NCBI GenBank assembly: GCA_964016885.1
Contig: OZ024743.1
Coordinates: 202,244,001-202,308,000, forward strand
Source of the DNA: Eledone cirrhosa
Lineage: Eukaryota
Direction of reading: 5' to 3'
Length of the DNA stretch: 64,000 nucleotides
The notes beneath the pieces were generated by a model, which was given only the letters and a program-made list of their open reading frames with translations, made no database searches and was not told the origin of the DNA. Shown here piece after piece: positions 1-13,063 of the stretch. Both the position numbers and the translations under genes were made by a program. Positions within the stretch are counted from its first letter, which is position 1. Each line of letters starts with the position of its first letter.

Positions 1-156
1 CACACATATATGTGTATATATTATTATCATAAGCATATGGACATTAAGGCACGCACATAAGCACTGCCACATATATTTAGATCCAGATACAGAAAGTAGG
101 TGGGGGGGGGGACAATATTTACGGGTGTCAGACAAACTGCCTATTTATAAAATGTA

Positions 157-433
157 CGTATGTATATGTAGGTAGGTATGTATGTTTGGGTGCTTGTATG
201 TGAGTATAAAAATACATATGTGCGCATGTAGATAAGGGTGTATGATTGTGTATATATATATATATATATGTGTATATATATATATATGTATGTATGTATA
301 TATGTGTATATATATATGTGTGTATATGTATGTATATGTATATGTCTATGTGTATGTGTGTGTGTGTATATATATGCGTATGTGTGCGTGTATATGTGAG
401 TATATATATATATATATTTGTAATTGATGTGTG

Positions 434-470
<37 letters not shown>

Positions 471-549
471 GTGCATAATTGTCTGACTGTGTGTATTTAT
501 TTATTTATTTATTTTTTATCTATTTTATATATATGTATATATGTATATG

Positions 550-612
<63 letters not shown>

Positions 613-667
613 GTGTGTATGTATATGTGTGTGTGTGTGTGTATATATATTTATGTGTGTATATATA

Positions 668-710
<43 letters not shown>

Positions 711-862
711 GTGTGTATGTATATCTCTTTATTTATGTATGTCTGAGTTGTGTGAGCGTGTGGTTGTATGTGTATATGCATACATGGATGTGTGTGTGTG
801 TGTATATATGCGTATATGTATGTGTATGTGTGTGTGTATATATATATGTGTATGTATGTATG

Positions 863-913
<51 letters not shown>

Positions 914-1278
914 GTGTGTGTGTATATGTGTGTGTGTATGTGTGTGTGTATATATATATATATATGGGTATGTATGTGTATATGTGTATGTACATGTGTG
1001 TGTGTGTATATATATATATATGTGTGTTGTGAATATATGTATATATATATATATGTGTGTATGTATATGTGTCTGTGTATTTATATGTGTATATGTATGT
1101 GTCTATCTATATATATGTGTGTGTATATATGTGTATATATATGTGTATATATATATATATGTATGTGTATATATATATATATATATATATGTATATCGAT
1201 GTGTATTTTATATTTTACTTGTTTATATATATATATTTTTTTTTTTAATATTCTTCTTTTTATTTCTAAATTTATAGA
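157..1278. repeat. Compound (TA)n/(TG)n/(TATG)n microsatellite
   Basis: Dinucleotide and tetranucleotide repeats read directly; source of the YIYI/VCVC ORFs. Confidence 0.95.
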
Positions 1279-1822
1279 TACATTTTATAAATAGGCAGTT
1301 TGTCTGACACCCGTAAATACTGACCCCCCCCACCTACTTTCTGTATCTGGATCTAAATATATGTGGCAGTGCTTATGTGCGCGCCTTAATGTCCATATGC
1401 TTATGATAATAATATATACACATATATGTGTGTGTGTGTGTGTGGGTGTGTGTGTGTGTATATGTTCGTGGTTATGTGTATGTTTATGCGTATATGCGCG
1501 TGTGTGTGTGAATGTATGTTTATGTGTGTATGTATGAATGTACATATGTTTATATACGGGTATGTATTTTATCTGTAGATTATAAACATACAGAGACATT
1601 AGCCCTGAATTTTTGTATTTACATACATTTTTTCGACATGCGTATGCATGTGAACATATATATTTTTTTTTTTATGCATCTCTGTGAACGAAGTTACTTA
1701 CATATATACACACACCTAACTGTCTTTTCTGGATATATTTTTATGTATTTCATTGGTCAATTTGAACTCTGTTCCCAAACAGACCTGTAATTTTGAATTG
1801 TTGTTATTATCAATAAATATAT

Positions 1823-1975
1823 TTCATTATTTCTGAAGACGGCATATATATGTGTTGGTATGTATATTAAATTTGATAGTTTGTATAATTTTGTATAATT
1901 TTGTACATAGATCTGTTGAATATGCATGCCAATTCTAACACATATATGTCCTAGAAACGATCGTTAAATAATGAA
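1823..1975 (+). ncRNA. Type I hammerhead ribozyme with ~115-nt stem II
   Basis: ttcattattt-CTGAAGA-[ggcatatatatgtgttgg...ctaacacatatatgtcc]-GAAA-cgatcg-TT-aaataatgaa; 10-bp stem I and palindromic stem III. Confidence 0.7.
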
Positions 1976-2169
1976 CTTTTTTTTTTTAATATAAGGAACT
2001 GTTTCATTGTTTTATTCATTATTTTTTAAATATTTTATCTTGACTCTGTATTCCGTTTATCTTTCACCGAAAGTGATTTTTGAATGCATCTCTTCTTTCC
2101 ATGATATCCGGATTACATTGAGTTCTTCATACGGATTGGACACTACCGTAAACTCTTGGTAGATTTATC

Positions 2170-2216
<47 letters not shown>

Positions 2217-2248
2217 GTGTATCTGTGTGTTCAACATCACAACTAATG

Positions 2249-2620
2249 AAGCATACAGTGTATTGCAAAATACACTGTATATACTTTCATATATATATCG
2301 CTATTCCAGAGCACCAATTCTAATTTTCAATTTTTGCTGGACCGGCAACCGCTCTGTATAATCAGTTCCTGATTATTACTAGAATTTTATAAGAACTCAA
2401 CATTCATAATTTTCAGCAGGCAAAGGGAGTGGTAAGCTCTGAGGAGTACCAACAGTACGAAACAGGGATCTGTCAGCTTATCTCCCTTTGTTTGCTGAAA
2501 AAACAAGTAAGTGACATAGTCACTACTTTAAAACAATAGCGTAAAGTCTTCAACATGCTTTTAATTAAGCATACAGTGTATTGCAGAATAAATTATACAT
2601 ACATTCATATATTTATATAT
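2249..2620 (+). mobile_element. Retrozyme-like / non-autonomous PLE-type unit (~320 bp) with terminal direct repeat and HHR
   Basis: aagcatacagtgtattgca occurs at ~2249 and ~2567; an HHR lies between; (TA)n-rich flanks. Confidence 0.55.
2411..2500 (+). ncRNA. Type I hammerhead ribozyme, canonical core, extended stem I
   Basis: tttcagcaggcaaagggagtggtaagct-CTGAGGA-gtac caaca gtac-GAAA-cag ggat ctg-TC-agcttatctccctttgtttgctgaaa; GUC cleavage triplet. Confidence 0.85.
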
Positions 2621-2820
2621 ATATATATTTATTAAAATAACAGATTAAAAGTTTAAGCAAAGAATTTATTATTATTACTATATATATATATATATATGAA
2701 TATCGACATAGAATATTCGAAAATATTCTGTATGTTTATAATAAACATTTTGAAGACCTAATCGCTATAGAATAGAATACGTCACGTATTACAATTAGAT
2801 TCTCGATAAAAGCAAGGGAA

Positions 2821-2863
2821 GTAATCTACGCGTTTCATTCTTATTAGAAATCTTCAGGACCAC
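2821..2863 (-). ncRNA. Minimal type I hammerhead ribozyme
   Basis: Minus strand reads gtggtc-CTGAAGA-tttctaataagaat-GAAA-cgcg-TA-gattac; palindromic ACGCGT stem III. Confidence 0.65.
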
Positions 2864-3139
2864 ATATCCAGTGCTTTTATCGAGAATGACACAGCTAGAG
2901 ACTTATAGAATACTTAGCTGTGTACAGGAACTGGTTTGAAAGAGCGGTTGCCGGTCCGGCAGAAATTAGAAATTGGATTAAATGCTCTGAAATAGCGATA
3001 TATATGTGAATATAGACATGTGTCTGTGCGTGGGTGCATATATATATATATATATATATATGCACCCACGCACAGACACACATATATATATACATAATTA
3101 TCATATCATCATCATTTTTCTTTTCTATATATATGGATC

Positions 3140-4190
3140 CTATTCAGTCCAGCCAAACCTTCTAAGTGAATATTCTTCACTAAGCAGGTCTTATGAGATC
3201 GAAGTATTTCGGTTATTTTCACCAAGATGGCTTTTAAACAAAGCCCACTTTAACCGGGCAGCTGATTTCCACTACTGTGGACTTACCTTCTCGGTCTGAA
3301 ATCGCCATGTCTGGTCTATCATGTTCATATTTTATTAGTGGCTTTTGAAAAGAACGCCCACACAATATTCTTTCACGTTGTGTACCTGCACCGTCCACTT
3401 CTCTAATATTTTGTATTTTTATGTCCAAGACTATCCTTTCTACGGATTGTACTGTATAACAATTTAGTCACTAGATAGATAATATCGTGAAGACAACTTC
3501 GAATAGTTGCTTATGACGTGATTGACTCCTTCAATGTTTATTTCAGAGAGTCTGCATCTGTTGTCATATTTAGGTGATTTGCTTGCATCTATATATCTTT
3601 TCTGCATACTGTGTTGTGTTGTTATTTCCTATTCCTAGATTGCAAAAGCATATCCTTTAAATAGAGAGTTTAATACACTGGTTGTAGGTTCAAGAAAAAA
3701 CACATTAGTTATCTATATTACTCTCATTCTGAAACTTTCCGCCATCATAGTCATGCATGCCTTATTGCTGATAAGGTTTTCATCTACTGATCTGTTGCAG
3801 ATATTTTACAATTTCCCTTGCTGAAAATGTTTGTTCATCATAAAGAGAATATTTCTCAAGGTCATTCCCAACTCTCAACATGTTATCTACCACATATAGA
3901 CTAGTTTCCTCTATGGATGGGCTTCTGCACTTGGTAGTTAGCATATGTTGACGAAGGAGTATGATGCAACAGTCAAACGGTGTTCACGTTTTACTTTGAA
4001 GCGGTCTATGTCACAGCTAATGTGGAAATTTCATGTGCCAGTTAGAACTTTTTCAGTTCTAAATTCAATAGGTCAAAACCAATCTAGCATATAATCAAAT
4101 AGTCTAAATGTTGGTTTTCAGTACAACTACAGCAAACACACTTTGGGCCACTAATATATTGTGTGCAGTCTTATTCCATTTATCCCTATA
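3140..4190 (-). pseudogene. Decayed 3' part of an R4/Dong-like non-LTR retrotransposon (zinc knuckle + restriction-like endonuclease)
   Basis: Minus-strand DNRCRLSEINIEGVNHVIS (degenerate CCHC) and HDRPDMAISDREGKSTVVEISCP (PD-(D/E) RLE motif); many stops and frameshifts. Confidence 0.6.
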
Positions 4191-4209
4191 TGTATGTACA
4201 CACGCACAT

Positions 4210-4241
<32 letters not shown>

Positions 4242-4412
4242 ATGTTACTTCCCATGATACGGAAATGAAAATCCATGCAGCTCAATAATACTTGCGTTCT
4301 CACTACAACAATATACGGGTTCAATATCCTATTTTAGGTGAAACACATGTCCTCAAGCGTAGTTAAGTTATTGTTGTCGAATTAAATCTCTCTCTCTCTC
4401 TCCCTCTCTCTA

Positions 4413-4448
<36 letters not shown>

Positions 4449-4540
4449 CCTCTCTCTCTCTCTCTCTCGCTCTCTCTCTCTCTCTCCCTCTCCACCCCTC
4501 TCTCTCTCACACACTCTCTCTTTCTCTCTGTATATCTCTC

Positions 4541-6405
4541 TCTATATAAAACGGTAGATGTCTGTCGGTGTGTGTGTGAGATTTTTATGCATTTCCACAT
4601 TTCTCTACTGATTTTGATGAATTCTTTTCCAATGTGCTCCAAATATAGTAGGGCAGGACAACACGTAATTATTTTTTCCAAAAAGGCCCTGCTTCTATGA
4701 AAAAAAATCGATAAATCTAAATACATGCTGTAACCCTGTCTCTTCATTCCTCTCACTACTAACATAAAAAATATATGAAACTACATACATGTTGCAACTC
4801 TCTTTAAAAGGTTCATATTTTACTCTATCTGATTCCCGCTAAGAGTCATCAGGAGAAACAAATTGCGTTGGCGTTGCATCGTCCGGGATCGCTGCTACTT
4901 TGCTGCCGAGAGGCAGCACAGCACATTCAACATTTAAACTCCCCTTGAATTTAGTAAAATCTGAGACACCAACATGCAATATCAGCAAGAGCTCACACGA
5001 AGCTCTGGTTCTCAAAAAATGTTGCCTCATTGTTTGGGATTAGTGCACAATGGCACACAAGGGTGCCCTTAAGGCATTGGACAGGACCCTGAAAGACATT
5101 AGGGATTCTACGGCTCCTATGGGCCTATGGGTGGCGTAACCCTTCTGCTATCAGGGGATTATCAGCAAACGCCTCCTGTCATCCCCAAAGGGACAAGAGC
5201 TGATGAAGTGCGTGCTTGCCTTAAGTCGCCCACGTTGTGGCCCCAGGTGAAGACTTTGTACCCGAGCACAAATATGCGTGCTCATTTGCATAGTGACAAC
5301 ATGTCTGCAGCATTTGCTCAGAACATTTTAGCACTTGGTGAGGGAAATGTTCATGTGGATGAGAAGGGCGGCATAGCAATCGTCTCCTTGTGCAACATTG
5401 TGAGCAGCCCTTCTGACATTTGGGAGGCAGTTTTTCCTAATGTCTCATCTAACTTTAAACATTTCGATTGGCTCAGCGAAAGAGCCATCCTTGCTCCGAA
5501 ATATACCATGGTTAATTTTATTAAAGAGCAGCTTATTGAGAAAATTCCCGGTAAAGAGCATATCTTCAAATCTATCAATCGGACGTCAGACCCCGACGAT
5601 ATCGTTAATTATCCGGTTGAGTTATTAAATTCCCTTGAGCCTTCAGGGTTCCCACCTCACATTCTTAAGCTTAGGGTTGGCTGTCTCATTATGCTAATAA
5701 GGAACCTGCGCCCACCAAAGCAGTGCAACGGTACTCGCATGGTCGTCAAGTCAATGACGCCCCACTTGATTGAGGCCACCATTGTAACGGAGTGCGGGAG
5801 AGGGGAGAATGTTTTCATTCCAATGATGAACCTTTACCCCTCGGCGTCAGATATCACATTCAATTTCTGGCGATCCAAATTCCCGATGAGACCATGTTTT
5901 GCCATGTCCATTAATAAGTCACAAGGCCAAACATTGTCGGTGGCGGGCAACCATTTGGGTGAGCCATGCTTCTCCCATGGTCAACTTTATGTTGCCTGTT
6001 CCCACGTAGGGAGCAGGAATGGACATTTTGCTTACACTCCTCAAGGGATGACACGCAATATCGTCTACAAAGAGGTGCTATAGATGTTGGTGCAGGTGTT
6101 GGATGTGTTGGAGCTATGCCGCCTGGAAAACTATTTCCTGGTAGGGTCACCCATCGCAGACAGATGTGACACCCATCGGCATCAGGGCCACCATCTTCCA
6201 ACTTTGGTCTGCTAAATTCGGTATTGGAAGATTATTAACCCATCATTGATTGTCCAAAATGCTAATTGGTTCGTAACTTTTAATAACCGGTTCAACTGCT
6301 TTATGCACTTAATTGATAAGGTTATTCGCTTTCAAGCCACGTTTACCTGTATGTAACTTTTCATAGCAAATGAATAAACCCAAGCAACGCCGGGCTAAAC
6401 TGCTA

Positions 6406-6406
<1 letters not shown>
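4541..6406 (+). mobile_element. Internally deleted Helitron
   Basis: 5' TCTATATAAAACGG, PIF1 helicase remnant, 3' subterminal hairpin-like cccaagcaacgccggg followed by CTAG (6403-6406) and T. Confidence 0.85.
4850..6083 (+). pseudogene. Helitron PIF1-family helicase C-terminal half (disrupted)
   Basis: GIAATLL..TAHSTFKLP, IVWD* (motif II Glu replaced by TAG), SGDYQQTPPVI, MLIRNL..CNGTR, FAMSINKSQGQTL, FSHGQLYVACS; ORF 5127-6083. Confidence 0.9.
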
Positions 6407-6462
<56 letters not shown>

Positions 6463-6638
6463 TATGTGTATATATATATATATATAAATGATTTCATACG
6501 AATGAAAAAATTCTAGCCTTAAAGTCATTTCTATATAGAATAACTATACTTCTTTTCTACGAACATTGTGAGTACTTTATTTAACTGTGATTTTTCGGAT
6601 CAGCCTTCGGAACATCATACATAATTATATATATATAT

Positions 6639-7053
6639 AATAAAGTTAAATAAAAAGTCAAATGATTAAAATTTAGCTTCGTTTATTACTGCTATATATA
6701 TATTTCAGTGACAGCCATCTTTGGCTGTGACCTCTTCAGGCAGTTTGAATTAGTATGGTATAGACAAGTACATATGTTGTTGAGGTGTATAATATTGACA
6801 ATATTATACACCTCAACAACATATGTACTTGTCTATACCATACTAATTCAAACTGCCTGAAGAGGTCACAGCCAAAGATGGCTGTCACTGAAATATATAT
6901 AGCAGTAATAAACGAAGCTAAATTTTAATCATTTGACTTTTTATTTAACTTTATTTTACACTACTCCGGAGTAACCGAACCAACCTGCGCACTTCGTCGA
7001 GTGCTCCAGCCTGCATACTGAGGTGTTGGTATACAACCAACATATACTCAAAA

Positions 7054-7064
<11 letters not shown>
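6639..7064 (+). mobile_element. Short fold-back HHR element in (TA)n
   Basis: Arms 6639-6797 and 6799-6955 are near-perfect inverted repeats; a unique tail 6956-7064 is on one arm only. Confidence 0.8.
6852..6906 (+). ncRNA. Type I hammerhead ribozyme (mirror copy on the minus strand in the left arm)
   Basis: actgc-CTGAAGA-ggtcacagcca aaga tggctgtcact-GAAA-tatata-TA-gcagt. Confidence 0.8.
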
Positions 7065-7085
<21 letters not shown>

Positions 7086-7639
7086 ATTGCTGTTGGATGC
7101 TTAAAGCGTCCGTATGCGGTAGGCCGTATGAACACTCGATGCTCTCGTAGAGCAGAGTACGATATCACAGAAAAAAGAGAATCAGTGTTGCGACGATAGT
7201 AATTTATTGAACATATTACAATTGTTTCTCGGGGGACCAGCTCGAGGCACGAACGATATGGTCATCAAACCTGACTGTGAAATCGCGCGGTCCTCGGATA
7301 CGTCTCGATTCTACGAAGCAGATTTTTCCTGTTGTCCTTTAACATCGAATTTCTTCGTTTGTTGATTTAGACCCTGTTGGTGTCATTCCATGTGTGGTCA
7401 AGAATAGTACACGCCGCCGGTATTTTTAACCACTCATGGTTGCCCACTTCTTGATTCTTCTCGTTCTCCACCTGTTAATCAAAATTTCTTCATATATCAG
7501 AATTACTACTGTGGTGAGAGAGGGGCTGTACTCTTGAACGGCTGGCATCACTTCGACGTCTTCATTGTCCCTAGGCTCCCTGGTCCACAGCGGTCAGGTA
7601 CACACCCGCAATTATGGTGTATGCGGCAGTCATTGTAAA

Positions 7640-7825
7640 TAATTGTTTCTACTTTTGGCACAAGGCCAGAAACTACCTAGTACATTAGTGGTACTTTATG
7701 TTATCGACCCCGTAAGGATGAAAGGCAAAGTTAACCTCGGCGGGATTTGAACTCAGACCGTAAAGGGACGTAACTATGCTGGAAAGCATGGCGTCCGACT
7801 CTCTACTGATACTGCCAATCCACTT
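7640..7825 (-). mobile_element. tRNA-derived SINE (main family in the window; Nin-domain-like central part)
   Basis: A-box TGGCAGTATC, B-box GTTCAAATCC, gcctttcatccttacggggtcgataa core; more than 20 copies in the window. Confidence 0.75.
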
Positions 7826-8113
7826 GGCGGGAATTTTTTTAATAAACAAATCATACGGATATTTAGCATAACATTTCTAGGACACAGCCTTAGAATACAG
7901 GATATAAATCAACAAACAAAGGAATTCGATGTTAAAGGACAATAGGAAAACCTGCTTCGTAGAATCGTATATATATATATATATATACTTCGGGTAAATA
8001 TTGATGCAATTCATTTCAAGCACTCAACGTACTTTTCCACATAGGAGTGACGGACTAAATATCGAATAAGTAAAAGCGAAGTAGTTTCAGATGTTCAAGT
8101 CTTTAATAATAAT

Positions 8114-8187
8114 GCTGTAATATATATTTCAATGACGACACTGGCCACACTGTTCTGTGTGCGAGTGTCGTGACATCATCAGACAGC
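8114..8187 (-). ncRNA. Hammerhead ribozyme copy (AUU triplet)
   Basis: Reverse-complement copy of 9821-9894. Confidence 0.65.
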
Positions 8188-9820
8188 TTGTTACATAAGG
8201 TTATGTTTCCGAGGCAATCCAAGTTAAATCGACATGGGAACGGACAAAGTATGTGCTTTTGGGTTCTTCACCCGTTCCCATGTGAGTACCAATTCACCCC
8301 CGCCGTTCTGCGTAGGCGCATGTCCGAAGGAAGTTGACAATTAGTTACCGCAGATATCAACGAAATTCGCTTAGTCAGTTCACCCTCTCAGCCAAACAAT
8401 GACCCATCTAGGCCTGTATCATAGTTTACTGCTACCCGTCCTGTCTGTGGCAGTCAGCCGAAAGCCAGAGGGGATGGGAGAGTGTTAGTTTTTACAGTTC
8501 ACAATACTACCTCTCACCACGCATGGACAGTACAACTGACCATCAACTCCCAAGAGAAAATATACTTAATTGTAGGTATCATGGTTTTACATTGGAAGTT
8601 ATGAGTGAGAGTTGGAATTAAAAATTAAAATCCTAAATCAAAAATTATAAATTAAACAATTTAAAAAATTATAAATTAAACAATTAAAAAATTAACAATT
8701 AGAAATAAAAAGAAAATTTCAAGTCCGTTCCAATGTCGATTCAACTTGGATTGCCTCGGAAACATAACCTTATTATGTAACAAGCTGTCTGATGATGTCA
8801 CGACACTCGCACACATAACAGTGTGGCCAGTGTCGTCATTGATATATATCACAGCATTATTATTAAAGGACTTGAACATCTGAAACTACTTCGCTTTTAC
8901 TTATTCGATATTTACTCCGTCACTCCTATGTGGAAAAAGTGCGTTGAGTGCTTGAATTGAATTGCATCAATATTTACCCTAAGAATTTAGCTCCAACTAG
9001 TTGAGCGCTCTATGATGTAACCAATATGGTGGAGAAGAGAGGAACCAACAATGAGCTACCCCTGGAAATTCCCTCTACCATGGGGATGGAAACCCCTGCC
9101 ACTAGACGGACATAATAGTAACTTTCGGCAGGATAAATACGCGGAAACAAAAACTAAGATACACCCATATTTTCCTGCACCAAATCGCTTTTGAACAGAA
9201 GCCCCCTCAATTCAATCTATACATTGATAAATTGACAATCATATGGATCATTTTGCATATATGTACTCTGTGTTTTTGCATTTATTCATTATTGGTTCTT
9301 TTCTTTTGTGCACTTTATATTTGTTTTTCTTTGGTTTTGTTCCATGTGATGGAAATCATGACTGTGTACCAGATTGAATACTGCCTTGCATACTGTAGTT
9401 TACCCTCCGTTCTAATGTACGGCACTATCGTTAAATATGTGGATAGTGTAACTGTGACATTGGAACCCCTCTCAGAACTTCTTACTTAAACATCTCTCTC
9501 CATATTATTTACTCACTTCAATCTATATGTTTTTTTTACTCACCTCAATCCGGATTCTCACTTGAAACATTTTTTAATTTCTAATTGTTAATCTTTTAAT
9601 TGTTTAATTTATAATTTTTTAAATTGTTTAATTTATAATTTTTGATTTAGGATTTTAATTTTTATTTCCAACTCTCACTCATAACTTCCAATGTAAAACC
9701 GGTGGGGGTGAATTGGTACTCACAGGGGAACGGATGAAGAACCCAAAAGCACACACTTCGTCCGTTCCCATGTCGATTCAACTTGGATTGCCTCGGAAAC
9801 ATAACCTTATTATGTAACAA

Positions 9821-9894
9821 GCTGTCTGATGATGTCACGACACTCGCACACAGAACAGTGTGGCTAGTGTCGTCATTGAAATATATATCACAGC
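9821..9894 (+). ncRNA. Type I hammerhead ribozyme
   Basis: gctgt-CTGATGA-tgtcacgacact...agtgtcgtcatt-GAAA-tatata-TC-acagc; the copy at 8784-8855 has lost two A of GAAA. Confidence 0.8.
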
Positions 9895-9936
9895 ATTATT
9901 ATTAAAGGACTTGTACATCTGAAACTACTTCGCTTT

Positions 9937-9978
<42 letters not shown>

Positions 9979-12049
9979 ATAAATGTAAATATGAATTTTT
10001 CGATTCATTTGCAATTATGCAAACACCCTCTTAAGTCATTTGAGTAGAAAGACCTCACCATTTGTGTATATCTATGTAGGTATGGTGGTATGAACATATG
10101 AATGCATGTTTACATGTGTTTGAATATGTTTGTTTATGTATGATCCATGTTTTTTATCATGTTAAAACAATATACAATTTCTCCTTGTGTACTCTCATGC
10201 TAAGAAGTTTGAAGTGAAATGGTCGCTCGATTGTTCGTTGACAGAGGTATCTATCGAAGTGTAACTAAACATAGACATTTCCCCATAGGTAATCAGACCT
10301 ATTCATTGATTGATCCGTTTATGACTCCAATATATAACCATCTACGATTAATGCATAGACTGTATTCAGAATAATGTGTTCCTAGATATATATATTCAAA
10401 ATAAAGTCAACGACTTGGCTTCTACTGATAGTTCAAATCGCTTCGTTTCACTAAGGAAATAATATTAATTCACAGGCTAAGATCATGAATACGAAATCAC
10501 ATATGTTCATATCTGTCTGTATTTATGGATATAGTCTGATGTTTTGAACAAACAATCTTTCTATATTCTTTTAATCTTCTACTGGATTCAGTTATTAGAC
10601 TGCAATCATGCTAGGAAACAAACTTCAGACATTTCATCGATCATATTGACCAAGTTTCCACGAATTCTGTAGCAATCGAGGGCATTTGTCAATTTTAGTT
10701 TGTCAATTCTAAATTTATTCCGAATCATTTAAGGCATCTCTGAACAGTTGTCACCCAAATCCCGTGTCCACTTTGCATATTCAGGCATTTCTTTGCAGTT
10801 CCCCTGTGAATAGTATGTAAATGAACCTGTCTTCTTTTGAGAAAAGCCACTTTAGGACGCTCATAATAGTTGTTGGTTACATATTTCACATAAGAAGAAT
10901 GATCATTATTTGAATTCAGATGCAAAGCAATACATCAGAACCAAACGTCCCTATTACGAGGACGGACAATCATTCTGCGTACCTCCTTCGTAGGCGAGAC
11001 ATTCATTACTTGTCACAGCTAGTAGAATACTATAAACTGCTATGGAATCATTATGGAATCATACATTTGAAAATGTGTATATTTATCTCATGATTCTTCA
11101 TTTAAAATATTCATGGAATTAAAATCTATGGAAACAATTGAGAACATGATTTCAATAAATCCGTTATGAAATGAACCATTATGATACGTTTAAATGATTA
11201 TCAAGTGAATATTATATGCATTGTTTGACAATTTTATTTGAAATTTATAATAAAACATGTACTGTGGGTAATGAATAATATTTTGGAAAAATACGCTGGA
11301 TAGTCAACCAAATAAGAGCGCTGCTTTATCAGGATTGTCCACGGGCTAAACAAAGTTCACAAAAAAAAAAAAGGTTGCAAAAATCATGAGGGAATGTTAG
11401 TAATAATCTAGGTTACTTTCAAATATATGAACTGTTGCTTTTGTAATTCAAAATATATATTCTCTCTTTGGATATTCAGTTGATCAGAAGCTTTATTTGT
11501 TGGTCGGATTAAATGTGTTACTGAAGTGTCTCTTAATCTAATCAATGATCTATTGAATCCCATTGTTTTGACTTACCAGGAAATAAATCTTTTAATTGTT
11601 TAATCCAGCTGATAGTCACTGTATATATAAACGTATGTCAGAGGGCGTATCGTTTGTATAAAACTCGTACTTAATCTTGCTGATTCATGATCAAAGGTAT
11701 TCTAACTGTGACTATCCCAATTTCACTGACCCAGCGTTTTATTTCAAACAATATATCCTTCATATTGTTGTTCAAGCCGGTTAGCCAGAAGTTGGCCATT
11801 ATCTAAAGCATTTAAGCAATGGCCTTAGAGTCTTTGGCGTTACTTTATGTTTATTGAACCTCAGTTTAATTTTCCTCATATAACATTTATGGTGCAAATT
11901 AGCCAGTGTGGTTAGAGTGTTAGATTAAAGATACCTGGGTAATTGCACTGGGCTCTAAGATGAAATGCCACCGCGTTCAACTTTGTCTTTCATCCTCTCA
12001 TGGACGAGAACTGGAACACTCATTGTCGAAACAGATGGAGGTTCATTCC

Positions 12050-12480
12050 TGGATGAAACTATATATATGTGCACAATATGTAGTAGTCTTGTTTTATGTA
12101 TTTCATGTATGTGACTAAGTTCAGGTGTTTTTGTGATATATCCGTCTGCTAATCTTTTAATCATTCCTATTGCACCTGTTATTATGGAGGCTATTTCTGT
12201 TTCTAGTCTATATTCTGCTTATCGCTATTCAAAACTTTTATACTCGGATAGTTTCTCTGTTGCCGTTATGATTTGGCCTGTTTGAATTGATACATCGATT
12301 AGCAATTAAGAAAGATTTCTTTTCCTGGTGGTCTTTTAAAATCTATCTGCTCGATTTGTCTTAATCTTCATGTTTGTTTCTATTGGCATGTTCCAGTGTG
12401 AGTATAAAATGACATTATCTCAGATCATTGTTGGTATATGTTTCTATTCTCAATTTTCTGCAGGTATTTCATAATTCTAT
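12050..12480 (-). pseudogene. RLE-type (R4/Dong-like) retrotransposon C-terminal relic
   Basis: Minus-strand WNMPIETNMKIKTNRAD..LIDVSI..IITGAIGMIKR..YITKTPELS, resembling RLE C-termini. Confidence 0.55.
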
Positions 12481-12553
12481 TTCAAATATAACATATCTCC
12501 CTCACTCTCTCATTCTATCCCACTTTCTCTCTCTTTCTCTCTCTCTCGCTCTC

Positions 12554-12606
<53 letters not shown>

Positions 12607-12828
12607 ATATATATATATTTATCATTTATTTTGTTTGACCTGTCTAGCTTGATTGTTTTTAGGCTTAGGTGGTTAATGCCTTCTTGACCACTTTTCAGTT
12701 TGTATGGCGTGTTAACATATTGTTTAGCTCTAGGTTTCATAACTATTGGAGCGCTTGCCAGCATTTCTACGATTTTGCGTTTCGTTTCGCTTTTTCTACC
12801 AGCCGAAATACGATTCTCGCTGAATTTA

Positions 12829-12866
<38 letters not shown>

Positions 12867-12867
<1 letters not shown>

Positions 12868-13063
12868 CGAAGGAAATGTGGTAAGGAACCAGGTGGACCA
12901 TAACGCACCAAAGTACTCAATACTTGAGGTAGTAGAGTGGGTAATAGGAACCAGTAAGACCCCGACAGCTGAGCTCAAGCCGTTTCGACGGCTAATTCTG
13001 GACATACAGAATTAGCCGTCGAAACGGCTTGAGCTCAGCTGTGGGGGTCTTACTGGTTCCTAT
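12867..13063 (-). mobile_element. Short fold-back family G, copy 1
   Basis: Arms 12944-13000 and 13007-13063; tail 12867-12943; (TA)n on both sides; homologous to 15721, 36087 and 40891. Confidence 0.8.

Larger units (their letters stand above)
1..2172 (+). mobile_element. Fold-back PLE-type 3' region with long-stem-II hammerhead, ending in (TA)n; left end lies outside the window
   Basis: 1-156 is the reverse complement of 1279-1432. The HHR is at 1823-1975. The tail (cggattacattgagttcttcat...gatttatct+(TA)n) is homologous to 56391-56717. Confidence 0.6.
7987..9938. mobile_element. Multiply inverted PLE-type insertion with three HHR copies, between (TA)n tracts
   Basis: 7987-8305 is inverted relative to 8722-8985 and 9701-9937; 8583-8705 is inverted relative to 9577-9701. 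Confidence 0.7.

Noticed and set aside
141-1599. Many ORFs of [16 protein letters not shown] type, here and throughout the window
   Set aside because: They are translations of stop-free (TA)n, (TG)n and (GA)n microsatellites, not genes.
9726-9770. Hairpin with ATGAA and AAAA resembling a SECIS element
   Set aside because: No 3' GA for the quartet, the minus-strand copy has GTGAA, and no in-frame TGA selenoprotein ORF is evident.
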